Source: Candidatus Dojkabacteria bacterium
GTDB taxonomy: Bacteria; Patescibacteriota; Dojkabacteria; SC72
NCBI GenBank assembly: GCA_018056375.1
Contig: JAGPFQ010000001.1
Location: 432,448-496,447, forward strand
Direction of reading: 5' to 3'
DNA: 64,000 bases
In this document: positions 20,477 to 30,138 of the stretch, piece by piece
Position numbering within the stretch: the stretch's first letter is position 1
Layout: the number at the start of each line of letters is the position of its first letter
The notes under the pieces: model-generated
Database searches by the model: none
What the model was told of the DNA's origin: nothing
What the model saw: the letters and a program-made list of their open reading frames with translations, nothing else
Made by a program: the position numbers and the translations under genes

Positions 20477-20599
20477 AAGGTATAAAATTAAAATTAAGTT
20501 GTAATTTTATATCATAGCCACCAGAGGTGGTCAAGGAATACTGCTAAGTAAAGAATTTTAATATATACTCTAAGTAGTTAAACTTAGAGTGCAAAAAAT

Positions 20600-21238
20600 A
20601 TGGATGAAAATAGCAAAGATTATCAGAAAGAAAGACTAGTTATTTTTGATATGATTGGAACATTAACTTCTAATCCTCATCTAATATCCCAAATTCTCCA
20701 TCTTATGCTTCCAAACAAAAGTATTGATTTAATTAGAAGAGAATACTGGAATTACCAGATTAGCAGAATCTCAAAGAGTACTTTTTGGGAAAATATTGGA
20801 ATCTCAAATTATGAAGAGTTTGAGGAAAGGTTCCTTAGTAAAATTCTTTTTAAAGCTGGTGTCCTAGAAATGGCAACAAGAATGAAGAGAGACTCTAGAT
20901 TAGCTATTCTTTCTAATATACCTTCTGAATGGGGTTCTTATTTAGTAGAAAAATTTAAATTAAGAGACATTTTTGAAGAGATTGTTTTCAGTGGAGATTA
21001 TGGAATTAAAAAACCGAAGCCTGAATTATACAACATATTGTTAAAGAAATTTCCAAATGCAGACCCTAAACAAATTTTCTTTGTTGATGATGATATAGAA
21101 GACTTGATAACAGGTGCTAGATTTAACATGAAGACTATTTGGCTAAAAAGTGGAAGAACTAGTGATTCTTTTACTCCTGATTACATTATTGAAGATATTT
21201 TAGAGATAGAAGAGTTAATAAGAACCTCTAATAGATAA
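20600..21238 (+). CDS. HAD-superfamily hydrolase
   Basis: 'FDMIGTL' motif I and 'FFVDDD' motif IV. Confidence 0.7.
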   Translation: MDENSKDYQKERLVIFDMIGTLTSNPHLISQILHLMLPNKSIDLIRREYWNYQISRISKSTFWENIGISNYEEFEERFLSKILFKAGVLEMATRMKRDSRLAILSNIPSEWGSYLVEKFKLRDIFEEIVFSGDYGIKKPKPELYNILLKKFPNADPKQIFFVDDDIEDLITGARFNMKTIWLKSGRTSDSFTPDYIIEDILEIEELIRTSNR

Positions 21239-21264
21239 GTGCTACTAGAGGTTCTTTCAGATAC

Positions 21265-23367
21265 TTACACTGTTTTACCAGAGATTTCCTCAGCTATTCC
21301 CTTTGGTACTTCTGCATAGTGTGCAGGTTCCATTGTAGATGAACCTCTTCCACTAGTAATAGACCTTAGTTCATTTGTATATCCAAAGAGTTCTGCTAAT
21401 GGTACAAATGCTGTAATCCTGTTAATGCCACTACCTAGACTCTCCGTACCTTGGATTTGCCCTCTTTTACTACTGAGGGAGCCTGTGACATCTCCCATAT
21501 ATTCATCAGGTGTATCAACATCAACTTTCATAATTGGTTCTAGTAGTATTGGATCTCCCAATCTCATGCCTTCTTTGAAAGCCATAGATCCTGCAATCTT
21601 AAATGCTGCTTCAGAGGAGTCAACATCATGGTATGAACCATCATATACAGTAACCTTAATATCAACAACTGGATATCCTGCTGTAACACCTGACTTCATA
21701 GCTTCTTCTACACCCTTTTGGATAGCTGGGATAAATTCCCTTGGAATTGCACCTCCCTTTACATCGTTAACAAACTCAAAACCTTTACCCTTCTCATTTG
21801 GTTCTAACTTCAACCAACAGTGACCATACTGACCTTTTCCACCAGACTGTTTAACATATCGTCCTTCGACTTGCTCAACGTTACTCTTAATAGTCTCTTT
21901 GTATGCTACCTGTGGCTTACCTACATTTGCGGCAACATTAAACTCTCTTTTCATTCTATCAACAATGATATCTAAGTGAAGCTCACCCATACCTGAGATA
22001 ATTGTTTGACCTGTCTCATGATTTGAACTTACTCTAAATGTTGGATCTTCCTTAACAAATCTTGCTAAAGCTTCAGACATCTTCTCTTCATCTGACTTTG
22101 TAGCTGGCTCGATTGCCTGTGATACAACTGGCTCTGCAAACTGAATCTGTTCAAGGATAATTGGATTCTTCTCATCACAAAGAGTATCTCCTGTGACAGA
22201 GTCTTTCAAACCAACAATAGCACCAATATCTCCAACCCTTAAAGCAGGAACTTCTTCCCTGTCATCTGCATGCATTAAGATAAGTCTACTTGCCCTCTCT
22301 TTGATATTTTTTGTGGAGTTCAAGACATATGAACCTGAATCAATCTTCCCAGAATACACTCTAAAGTATGAGAGATTTCCTACATGAGGGTCATTAACAA
22401 TCTTAAAGACTAATGCAGAGAAGGGTTCTGTCTCTTCTGCTTTTCTCTCTTCTTCTTCACCTGTCTTTGGATTTACCCCCATTACTGCAGGAACATCTAA
22501 AGGTGATGGTAAACAGATTGTGATGTAGTCTAAAAGAGTCTTAGCCATTGCTGTTCTGGTATCACCACCCAGTACTGGGAAAATATTCTCTGCTAGTGTT
22601 CCTTTTCTTAAAGCTGCATAGAGTTCCTCTTCTTTAAGTTCCTCTCCTGCAAAATACTTCTCCATTAAATCATCATCCTGTTCTGCCAATGCTTCTACTA
22701 ATATGTTTCTCAACTCTTCAACTTTATCTTTTATATCTTCAGGTATTGGGATTTCAATCAAATCTGGAGTGTCAATACCTTCATATTTGTACGCTTTCAT
22801 CTTTACCAAGTCTACAAAACCATGTAGGTCTTGTTCTTTTCCAATTGGGTATGTAACTGCAACTGCCTTATTACTTAACCTGTCCTTAATTGTCTGGAAA
22901 CTATGATCAAAATCACCTCCAATGAGGTTAATCTTGTTCATAAAACAAATTCTTGGTACATGATATTTATTTGCTTGTCTCCAAACTGTTTCAGACTGTG
23001 GTTCCACTCCTTTTCTTCCATCAAAAATAACTACTGCACCATCTAGAACTCTAAGAGATCTCTCAACCTCCGCTGTAAAGTCTACATGCCCTGGTGTATC
23101 GATGATATTGATTCTATGATCCTCACCATTATATGGCCAGAAGCATGTAACAGCTGCAGACATAATAGTAATACCTCTCTCTTGTTCCTGTTCCATGAAG
23201 TCTGTAGTTGCTTCACCTTCGTGTGTTTCCCCAATCTTATGAACCTGTCCAGTAAAATACAATAATCTCTCTGTTGTGGTTGTCTTACCTGCATCGATAT
23301 GTGCAATAATACCAATATTTCTAATTTGGTCTAAAGGCATCTTAACATTGTATGTGTTTTTATCCAT
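21265..23367 (-). CDS. fusA: translation elongation factor G
   Basis: '[14 protein letters not shown]' G1 motif, 700 aa, all five EF-G domains. Stands alone, not adjacent to rpsL/rpsG/tuf. Confidence 0.9.
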   Translation of the reverse strand: MDKNTYNVKMPLDQIRNIGIIAHIDAGKTTTTERLLYFTGQVHKIGETHEGEATTDFMEQEQERGITIMSAAVTCFWPYNGEDHRINIIDTPGHVDFTAEVERSLRVLDGAVVIFDGRKGVEPQSETVWRQANKYHVPRICFMNKINLIGGDFDHSFQTIKDRLSNKAVAVTYPIGKEQDLHGFVDLVKMKAYKYEGIDTPDLIEIPIPEDIKDKVEELRNILVEALAEQDDDLMEKYFAGEELKEEELYAALRKGTLAENIFPVLGGDTRTAMAKTLLDYITICLPSPLDVPAVMGVNPKTGEEEERKAEETEPFSALVFKIVNDPHVGNLSYFRVYSGKIDSGSYVLNSTKNIKERASRLILMHADDREEVPALRVGDIGAIVGLKDSVTGDTLCDEKNPIILEQIQFAEPVVSQAIEPATKSDEEKMSEALARFVKEDPTFRVSSNHETGQTIISGMGELHLDIIVDRMKREFNVAANVGKPQVAYKETIKSNVEQVEGRYVKQSGGKGQYGHCWLKLEPNEKGKGFEFVNDVKGGAIPREFIPAIQKGVEEAMKSGVTAGYPVVDIKVTVYDGSYHDVDSSEAAFKIAGSMAFKEGMRLGDPILLEPIMKVDVDTPDEYMGDVTGSLSSKRGQIQGTESLGSGINRITAFVPLAELFGYTNELRSITSGRGSSTMEPAHYAEVPKGIAEEISGKTV

Positions 23368-23439
23368 ATTAAATTGTAATTAAATTATCATATTAAATGA
23401 AAGGAAACATATTACCTTCGCAATGGCGATTATACAAAA

Positions 23440-24888
23440 CTATTTAAGATTAGACAATAACTGGAGAGCTTCTTCTGTTACCACATTGTCCAAATCACAC
23501 TCGATGCACTTTTCTAATGACATTTTAGCCCCTTCCACATCAGTTTCCTTAATTTTCACTTTACTTAACAAAAAGTGGTATTTAGGATTAAACTTGTCTA
23601 ATGATAATAATTTTTCTAAAGTAACTTTCGCATTTTCAACCTCTCCTTTTTCTATAAATAGTTTTGCTTGCCAATAGAGGTATTCTTTTTCTTGATCTTC
23701 TGTCAATTCAAATTTGGCTAATTGATTCATATAATATTCTATCTTTGCTGCTTCAGAGAGAGTAGAACTAACCTCTAATCCTAATAAGTAAATATATGCT
23801 TCTTCAGACGATATTAAAGACAGTTTAATCACCTCTGAAGCTTTAAGATTCTGTTTGTTATCCAATAACATATGTACATATTCTTTGAGCAAATCTTCAG
23901 GAATCTGTTTCCCCGCACTATCAATAGCTCTAGAATAGTTTGTAATGCTAGCCTCTAAATTATTTTTAGCATATGAAGCCCTAGCTTTTGTCCAGAAAAC
24001 TTCAGATTCCATACCTCCAAGACTTAGTGCAGCATCCAACTCTGCTATGGCCTTATCATATTGTCCTGCATCTAGATATGCTCTTCCTAAGAAATATTTC
24101 CCCTCTAAATATTGCGAAATATCAACATCATCCTTCTGTAATACCTGTATCGCAAGATAAGGATATCCACTATTAATATATACTCTAGCAAGTTTTACAA
24201 CATTAAATTTAAGGTCTTGATCTAATGATTTCAAAGTTGTATCAAATTCATCATAGAAATGATTCCACACATCAGATGGAGTAACAGCACTAATCTGCTT
24301 TTTTGCTTTATCTATATCTTCAATTGCATAAATATATGAGAGAATTAGATTAGTCTCTATTTCTTCTTCTCCTGTACTTTGATTCTCCTCTATTAATCTC
24401 CTACCTTCATTGAGCATTCCTACATTAAGAAGAGACTTCCCTAATGCCAATTCTAGCGTAGGATTTGTAACACCCAAACTTAAACCTTCTTGATAAACCT
24501 CTTTTGCCTTTTCATAGTTTCCTTCCTTAAAGTAAGCATCCCCTATTGAGAGATAAAGATTTGATCTCTGATTCGAAGAGAGAGTTCTTGTTGCTTCCCT
24601 CGTAATAGAGAGAGCATCTTCTTTCCTGTTTTTGAGAAGAAGGATATCTATAATATGAGAGTAAGCTTCAAGTTCATGAGGAATTATCTCTATAGCATCA
24701 TAATATTTATTTAATGCTATTGAGTAATTTTTACCATTTAGATTGAGTTCAGCTTCTTTTAATTTCTCTCCATATGCTTGTTGCTGTGTAACGGACACTC
24801 TTCTGTCTAGTACATACCATGTGATAGCACCAATAAGTAGCATCAAGAGAAAGAGCCATGGAAGGAACTTTTTTACATTTTTTTGCAT
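23440..24888 (-). CDS. TPR-repeat protein with N-terminal membrane anchor
   Basis: TM segment followed by multiple 34-residue Tyr/Ala-rich repeats. Confidence 0.6.
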   Translation of the reverse strand: MQKNVKKFLPWLFLLMLLIGAITWYVLDRRVSVTQQQAYGEKLKEAELNLNGKNYSIALNKYYDAIEIIPHELEAYSHIIDILLLKNRKEDALSITREATRTLSSNQRSNLYLSIGDAYFKEGNYEKAKEVYQEGLSLGVTNPTLELALGKSLLNVGMLNEGRRLIEENQSTGEEEIETNLILSYIYAIEDIDKAKKQISAVTPSDVWNHFYDEFDTTLKSLDQDLKFNVVKLARVYINSGYPYLAIQVLQKDDVDISQYLEGKYFLGRAYLDAGQYDKAIAELDAALSLGGMESEVFWTKARASYAKNNLEASITNYSRAIDSAGKQIPEDLLKEYVHMLLDNKQNLKASEVIKLSLISSEEAYIYLLGLEVSSTLSEAAKIEYYMNQLAKFELTEDQEKEYLYWQAKLFIEKGEVENAKVTLEKLLSLDKFNPKYHFLLSKVKIKETDVEGAKMSLEKCIECDLDNVVTEEALQLLSNLK

Positions 24889-24934
24889 AATTTAATATAG
24901 ATGAGGAAGATATTTATGTCAAATATTTTTTAGT

Positions 24935-25903
24935 ATGGTAGAATTGACTACTATGTCTAGAAAAAAGGTGCTCTATTTATTTCTGTTTCTTGTCATGTTT
25001 TGGTTTACAAATACTGTAAGTACCAAACATTTCAAAAATATACACAGAGATGTTTTGACAGAAAAAGAGATGGAGAGTAGAAATGCCATAATGGATGTAC
25101 TTGGTGTTAAGGATACCTCCGATGGAAGGATTAAAGTGATAACCGTTGCTTACGATTCAAATATTGTCACATATTTAACAAGAGGCATCAGTACTACAGA
25201 AACTCTTCTTGAGTTGGGATATCCACTTGGGAGTAAGAATAGAATTTTATCCAATTCTCCGATAGATAGATTATACAAAGAGAGTTACATTACAATACAA
25301 ACATATGTAACAGAGGTTTCTCAGGTTTTTGTGACAATCCCATTTGAGACTATTACAGAAGGAGAGTCCCTATGCTCTAGTATGACTGAAAAGAGAATTG
25401 CACAAAAAGGCGAGACAGGAAGAAAAGTGCAAACAATTGAAAAATATTTTCTCGATGGAGAATATATTTCTGAAAAAGTTGTGAATGAAGAGATTCTTAA
25501 ACAACCTGTAAAAGAGATTATTTCTCTCTCTGGTGGTATACATCCTCCAGACTCTGTTCCTCAGATTGGATTCAATTGTCCATATTGGAAATCAGAAGTA
25601 GATAAAATTAATGCTACAGAAGAGGAGAAGGAATGGCTAAAATTTACAATGGAAAAAGAATCTGGTTGTAATGCAGAAAGAAACAAGGGCTTCCATAAAG
25701 GACTTTTTCAGTGGAATCCATGTTTATGGTACAAACAATATCCCACAGATAATATTTTTGACGGACACGCACAAATCAAGAGAACATTAGAAAAAATAAG
25801 AGGATGCGCTGACCCTGCAAGGATGTGGCCAGGTGTTTACAAACAGTATGTCAATACTTACAAAAAAGAACTTAGCCACAGATATGTATGTGGTTATTTG
25901 TAA
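24935..25903 (+). CDS. secreted protein with Rpf-like (transglycosylase-like) C-terminal domain
   Basis: Signal peptide. C-terminal 'KESGCNAERNKGFHKGLFQWNPCLW' resembles the Rpf 'CESGGNW...GGLQF..TW' motif. Confidence 0.5.
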   Translation: MVELTTMSRKKVLYLFLFLVMFWFTNTVSTKHFKNIHRDVLTEKEMESRNAIMDVLGVKDTSDGRIKVITVAYDSNIVTYLTRGISTTETLLELGYPLGSKNRILSNSPIDRLYKESYITIQTYVTEVSQVFVTIPFETITEGESLCSSMTEKRIAQKGETGRKVQTIEKYFLDGEYISEKVVNEEILKQPVKEIISLSGGIHPPDSVPQIGFNCPYWKSEVDKINATEEEKEWLKFTMEKESGCNAERNKGFHKGLFQWNPCLWYKQYPTDNIFDGHAQIKRTLEKIRGCADPARMWPGVYKQYVNTYKKELSHRYVCGYL

Positions 25904-27900
25904 CTGTAATATTCACAAATATCTTGTGGTATTTCTCCTAAGAATCTTGACGGTATTTGGGAAGAGAACCCTTCTCTAGTAATCCTTTTTTCTGCAAAAG
26001 AAATAAACAACTTCTGTTTCGCTCTTGTAATCCCTACATAACACAACCTTCTCTCTTCTTCTAAATCGTCTTCTTCTAAAAATGACCTTGAGTGTGGTAA
26101 CAAACCTTCTTCAACCCCAACCATAAATACATAATCAAATTCTAGACCTTTTGAAGAGTGTAGTGTCATTAGATTAATATAATTACCAGTCCCATCCTGA
26201 TTCTTATCTTGTTCTTGTTCTATCAGATTAATTTCATTTAGAAACACCTCTAAACTTTTCTCTCCATATTTACTTGAATATGATGATGCTACACTTTTTA
26301 ACTCCATTATATTCTCTTTCTTCATTAGAGCTTCTTCTGTACCATCATCAAACCATTGTATATATCCTGTTCTTTCTACTATGGTATCTATCAACTGTAA
26401 AAGATTGGTGCTTTTCGCAAGGAAGAAAAGATTACCAAACAGAGTAATAACAGATTGATACTTACTCCACTTCTCTTTAATCTCCCCAATCTCTATTATT
26501 TTTTCTTCCTCTACATTTACTTTCTCTATGAATTCTTTATTATCAACAAGATATGCCCCTATGATAAACTCGCCTAAAGTTAAACCTACTTCTTTAGCAA
26601 GTGAATATAGCTCTGCCTTAGCTTTTGGACCTATCTTTCTTGGTGGAGTATTCAATATTCTATCTAGACTTAATTCGTCTTTTTGATTGAAACAAAATCT
26701 AAGGTAACTAATGATATCTTTAATTTCTTTCCTTTCATAAAACCTAAACCCTCCTACCAATTTGTAAGGTAATCCTAATTTAAGAAGAGCTTCCTCTATT
26801 GCCCTTGATTGATAGTTTGTTCTGTATAGTACAGCCATACTCTTTAAAGGAACACCTCTTTGTTGGAGAAGCTTTGCATTATTAACAATATATTCAGCTT
26901 CATCTTCTTGATCCATAGCTTGATATATTGTAATTTTTTCACCTTCACTATTATCTGTCCAAAGAACTTTATCTACTCTACTATTATTTTGTTGTATTAC
27001 ACTTATTGCTGCTTGTATTACATTCTTTGTAGATCTGTAGTTCTGTTCAAGTTTAACAACATTTACTTTCTCAAAGTCATCTTCAAATGATTGTATATTT
27101 TTTATATTTGCTCCCCTCCATGCATATATTCCTTGGTCATCATCACCTACCACACATATATTTTGATGTTTTTCAGAGAGTAGTTTTGCAAATTTATACT
27201 GTACTTCATTGGTATCTTGGTATTCATCTATTAATAGATATTTGTATTTATCCTGATACTTTTCCTTAATATCTTCATTTTCTTGTAAAAGTTTAACTGT
27301 TAGATAGAGTAAATCTCCAAAGTCTACAGCATTTTGAGCTTGAAGTTGTTTTTGATAGAGAGGATAGATCTCAGCAACTGTATCTTCAATAAAACCGTAG
27401 AAGTAGTTAGAGAAATTTTCAGGGGAAATCATCTGATTTTTAGCATTACTAATGAAGTATGATACTGATTTAGGTTTTATCTGTTTTATATCAATATCTC
27501 TTTCTATTAATAATTCTTTAATCATATTGTCCGAATCGTCAGAATCATAGATTGAGAAGTTGTTGTCTAACCCTACTGCTTTAGCATTTTGCCTTAATAT
27601 CATTGCTCCAATTGAATGAAATGTGCCTATTGTAGGAACTCCTTTCTTAAGCATACCCATATCTTTCAGTATTTCTTCAACTCTCTCCTGCATTTCTCCT
27701 GCTGCTTTTTTAGTAAATGTTACAGCAAGAATATTTGTGGGTGATATGTTTTTTTCACTAACTAGATATGCAATTCTGTTTGTGATAACTCGGGTTTTTC
27801 CAGATCCTGCACCAGCAAAAACTAGAAGTGGTCCTTCTGTACACATAACAGCTTTCTTTTGTTGGGGATTTAGTCCCTTAAGAATATCATTTGTTGCCAT
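25894..27900 (-). CDS. uvrD: ATP-dependent DNA helicase UvrD/PcrA
   Basis: 'LNPQQKKAV...AGAGSGKTRVIT' Walker A and SF1 motifs. Likely start is Met 'MATNDIL' at about 27900. The ORF track's 27966 start would overlap the upstream gene. Confidence 0.85.
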   Translation of the reverse strand: MATNDILKGLNPQQKKAVMCTEGPLLVFAGAGSGKTRVITNRIAYLVSEKNISPTNILAVTFTKKAAGEMQERVEEILKDMGMLKKGVPTIGTFHSIGAMILRQNAKAVGLDNNFSIYDSDDSDNMIKELLIERDIDIKQIKPKSVSYFISNAKNQMISPENFSNYFYGFIEDTVAEIYPLYQKQLQAQNAVDFGDLLYLTVKLLQENEDIKEKYQDKYKYLLIDEYQDTNEVQYKFAKLLSEKHQNICVVGDDDQGIYAWRGANIKNIQSFEDDFEKVNVVKLEQNYRSTKNVIQAAISVIQQNNSRVDKVLWTDNSEGEKITIYQAMDQEDEAEYIVNNAKLLQQRGVPLKSMAVLYRTNYQSRAIEEALLKLGLPYKLVGGFRFYERKEIKDIISYLRFCFNQKDELSLDRILNTPPRKIGPKAKAELYSLAKEVGLTLGEFIIGAYLVDNKEFIEKVNVEEEKIIEIGEIKEKWSKYQSVITLFGNLFFLAKSTNLLQLIDTIVERTGYIQWFDDGTEEALMKKENIMELKSVASSYSSKYGEKSLEVFLNEINLIEQEQDKNQDGTGNYINLMTLHSSKGLEFDYVFMVGVEEGLLPHSRSFLEEDDLEEERRLCYVGITRAKQKLFISFAEKRITREGFSSQIPSRFLGEIPQDICEYYSYK

Positions 27901-27913
27901 CTTTGTTGAATAT

Positions 27914-29089
27914 TTATATCTTCTTAAAATATCTAAGCATCGCCCATCCTTCAACTCCAGGTGCATATTGTATTTTGTACCAACCTTCTTCTTCTCCCAA
28001 AAGTATAAATATTGTACCTTCCTTGGGGCTATCTAAAATCTCACAACTTGCCCATCTGCATTTTCGAACATTTACAAATCCATACTCTGGAGAGACAACC
28101 TGTACCAGTGTTTTATCTCCTCTCACAATATTAAATTTCACTTCAAACTCAGAACCTTCAAATGGTTTTCCATCTACTTTCTGGAATACAAATGCCTGAC
28201 TGATTTCTCCAGTTAAAACTTTGGCTTCGACTTCAAAACCTATCTCAAATGTCTCATCTGGTTTAATACTCCTCTCAGATATCTCTACTGGTTTACTAAA
28301 GCTAGGCCATAGCTGATTAATTGCAAGGGAACTTTCCTTTCCATCTTTTGTAGAAACATATATTGGATCCCTATCGGTAAACCATGGAAAATCATTCTCA
28401 TTTGTAATTTTCACTTTCACTGTCACTCTACCACCTATTTCAGACTCTGTTGGTACAATCACCTCCTCTATTTTTGCTTTATAGTCAAGATGTTCTTCTG
28501 TATAACCTTGCCAATCTTTGAAGAGATTATTAATTGCTGTTGTAAATTCAAAAGGTGCATCTGTTATCTTTATACCAGACATCTTGTTTTCTTCCTTTAT
28601 AATATTTACTCTAACAGGTTTAAGTGTTGAAATACCCCAAGCATGAGCTATCTCATTAACCATTTCCATTAGTGATGTCTCTGCTCTTGCTGTTAAAGTT
28701 GGAGTATTTGAGAGATAGCCCACTAAAACAGCATTATCTAAATCATTTTCCTGCAGGTTAGCACCTAATCCTCCTGTTTTACCTTGATATATAATTCCAT
28801 TCTCATCAAGAAGATATGTATATGGTAAATCTGGGATGTAAAGTCTAGTAATGTAATAATAGTAAAGGGATTTAACCCAAAGTTCTGGGTCTTGAGATAA
28901 CTGTTCTGATTTCGTTGTTATTTGTGATATATATATTTTTTCAGGTGTTGTATATACCTGGTCTGCACCTTCAGTTAAGCTTGTATCAAATTTAAGAGTT
29001 GTAGTAGAAAACGATGTTAGAGCGAATGCTCCTGTTACAGAGAACAGGAATAGTAAAAGAGAAATTATTATGCTTTTTAGTAATTTCAT
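27914..29089 (-). CDS. secreted cell-wall hydrolase candidate: Amidase_2 (PGRP-like) region plus C-terminal SH3b domain
   Basis: Signal peptide. 'YTYLLDENGIIYQGKTGGLGA...VLVGYLSN' resembles N-acetylmuramoyl-L-alanine amidase family 2. C-terminal SH3b-like 'GWYKIQY...GWA'. Confidence 0.45.
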   Translation of the reverse strand: MKLLKSIIISLLLFLFSVTGAFALTSFSTTTLKFDTSLTEGADQVYTTPEKIYISQITTKSEQLSQDPELWVKSLYYYYITRLYIPDLPYTYLLDENGIIYQGKTGGLGANLQENDLDNAVLVGYLSNTPTLTARAETSLMEMVNEIAHAWGISTLKPVRVNIIKEENKMSGIKITDAPFEFTTAINNLFKDWQGYTEEHLDYKAKIEEVIVPTESEIGGRVTVKVKITNENDFPWFTDRDPIYVSTKDGKESSLAINQLWPSFSKPVEISERSIKPDETFEIGFEVEAKVLTGEISQAFVFQKVDGKPFEGSEFEVKFNIVRGDKTLVQVVSPEYGFVNVRKCRWASCEILDSPKEGTIFILLGEEEGWYKIQYAPGVEGWAMLRYFKKI

Positions 29090-29122
29090 ATACTTGATTG
29101 TACACTGTATATTTTAATTTTT

Positions 29123-30130
29123 CTACTTTTTTGTTTCTGTTTTAATATATTCTAAGTCAATTGCATTAAGATAGAATACTGCAGGAATCAGTATTTTCTC
29201 CTCTTTATACATAGAATCACATTGTGCATCAACTCGATAAACAGGGGTTAGAACTTCTTGTTCTAAGTGCTTGTATAGATAAACTATTGAAATCTTTTCA
29301 CCTCTGCAATTACCGATATGGTCATAAAACTTAGTATACATCTCTCTATCATTCCTCATCTCTTCTTGAATATCTAAACTTAGACTACCTATTTTCGCAT
29401 AGAACTGTCCAGGATAATTCCTACTGTTGATATTTGCACTAAATTCTTTATGCTCTATCAGTTCTGTCTTTTTCCCTGTATTTATAAAATCTGTTAAGAG
29501 TAATTTTGCATAAACAATCTTATTATCCTTTAATGCAATATAGTCTGTGTCCGAATCAACATCTGATATCTCTATAATATTCTCTCCTTCCAAATACCTG
29601 TTTGCAAAATAGACTATTTCACCCTTTGTTCTTTTCTCTGTATGAGTAACCTTGTATTTCCACTCCTTACCAAAATACTTTTTAACAACTTTGGAAAGTA
29701 TTTCTTCAGGAGGGTTGTCCATATTATCAACGGATAAAATATCATCACCCATAAACATAACAGTGTTGCCATTTAATTCATAGAAAATAGCAGAGTCTCC
29801 TTTGGTCCATCTATAGAAGTGTCCAGAAGATGATTGTTCGAGACTAAACCCAATACTGGATACTAGATTTTTTAGTTTCTCAAGACTTAATTTGTCACTA
29901 ACCTCCCATATGTAATAAATCCTATCAATAGGAAATTTCACCTTCTTATCTATATCAATATTTCTACTAGCCGTTTTTCTCAATGCGCCTTGATTAATTT
30001 CCGTATCTAACTTCTCACTGTCTTTTCCTCTTGTTAATAAAAAGATTACTAAACCAGTCATAAAAACAATAAATATAATTGCGATAATCAAAATCTTTTT
30101 CTTACGTTCTTCCATTCTCATAGAATACAA
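29123..30130 (-). CDS. N-terminally membrane-anchored hypothetical protein (335 aa)
   Basis: Single N-terminal TM and no recognisable motif. Confidence 0.4.
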   Translation of the reverse strand: MYSMRMEERKKKILIIAIIFIVFMTGLVIFLLTRGKDSEKLDTEINQGALRKTASRNIDIDKKVKFPIDRIYYIWEVSDKLSLEKLKNLVSSIGFSLEQSSSGHFYRWTKGDSAIFYELNGNTVMFMGDDILSVDNMDNPPEEILSKVVKKYFGKEWKYKVTHTEKRTKGEIVYFANRYLEGENIIEISDVDSDTDYIALKDNKIVYAKLLLTDFINTGKKTELIEHKEFSANINSRNYPGQFYAKIGSLSLDIQEEMRNDREMYTKFYDHIGNCRGEKISIVYLYKHLEQEVLTPVYRVDAQCDSMYKEEKILIPAVFYLNAIDLEYIKTETKK

Positions 30131-30138
30131 ATATTATT

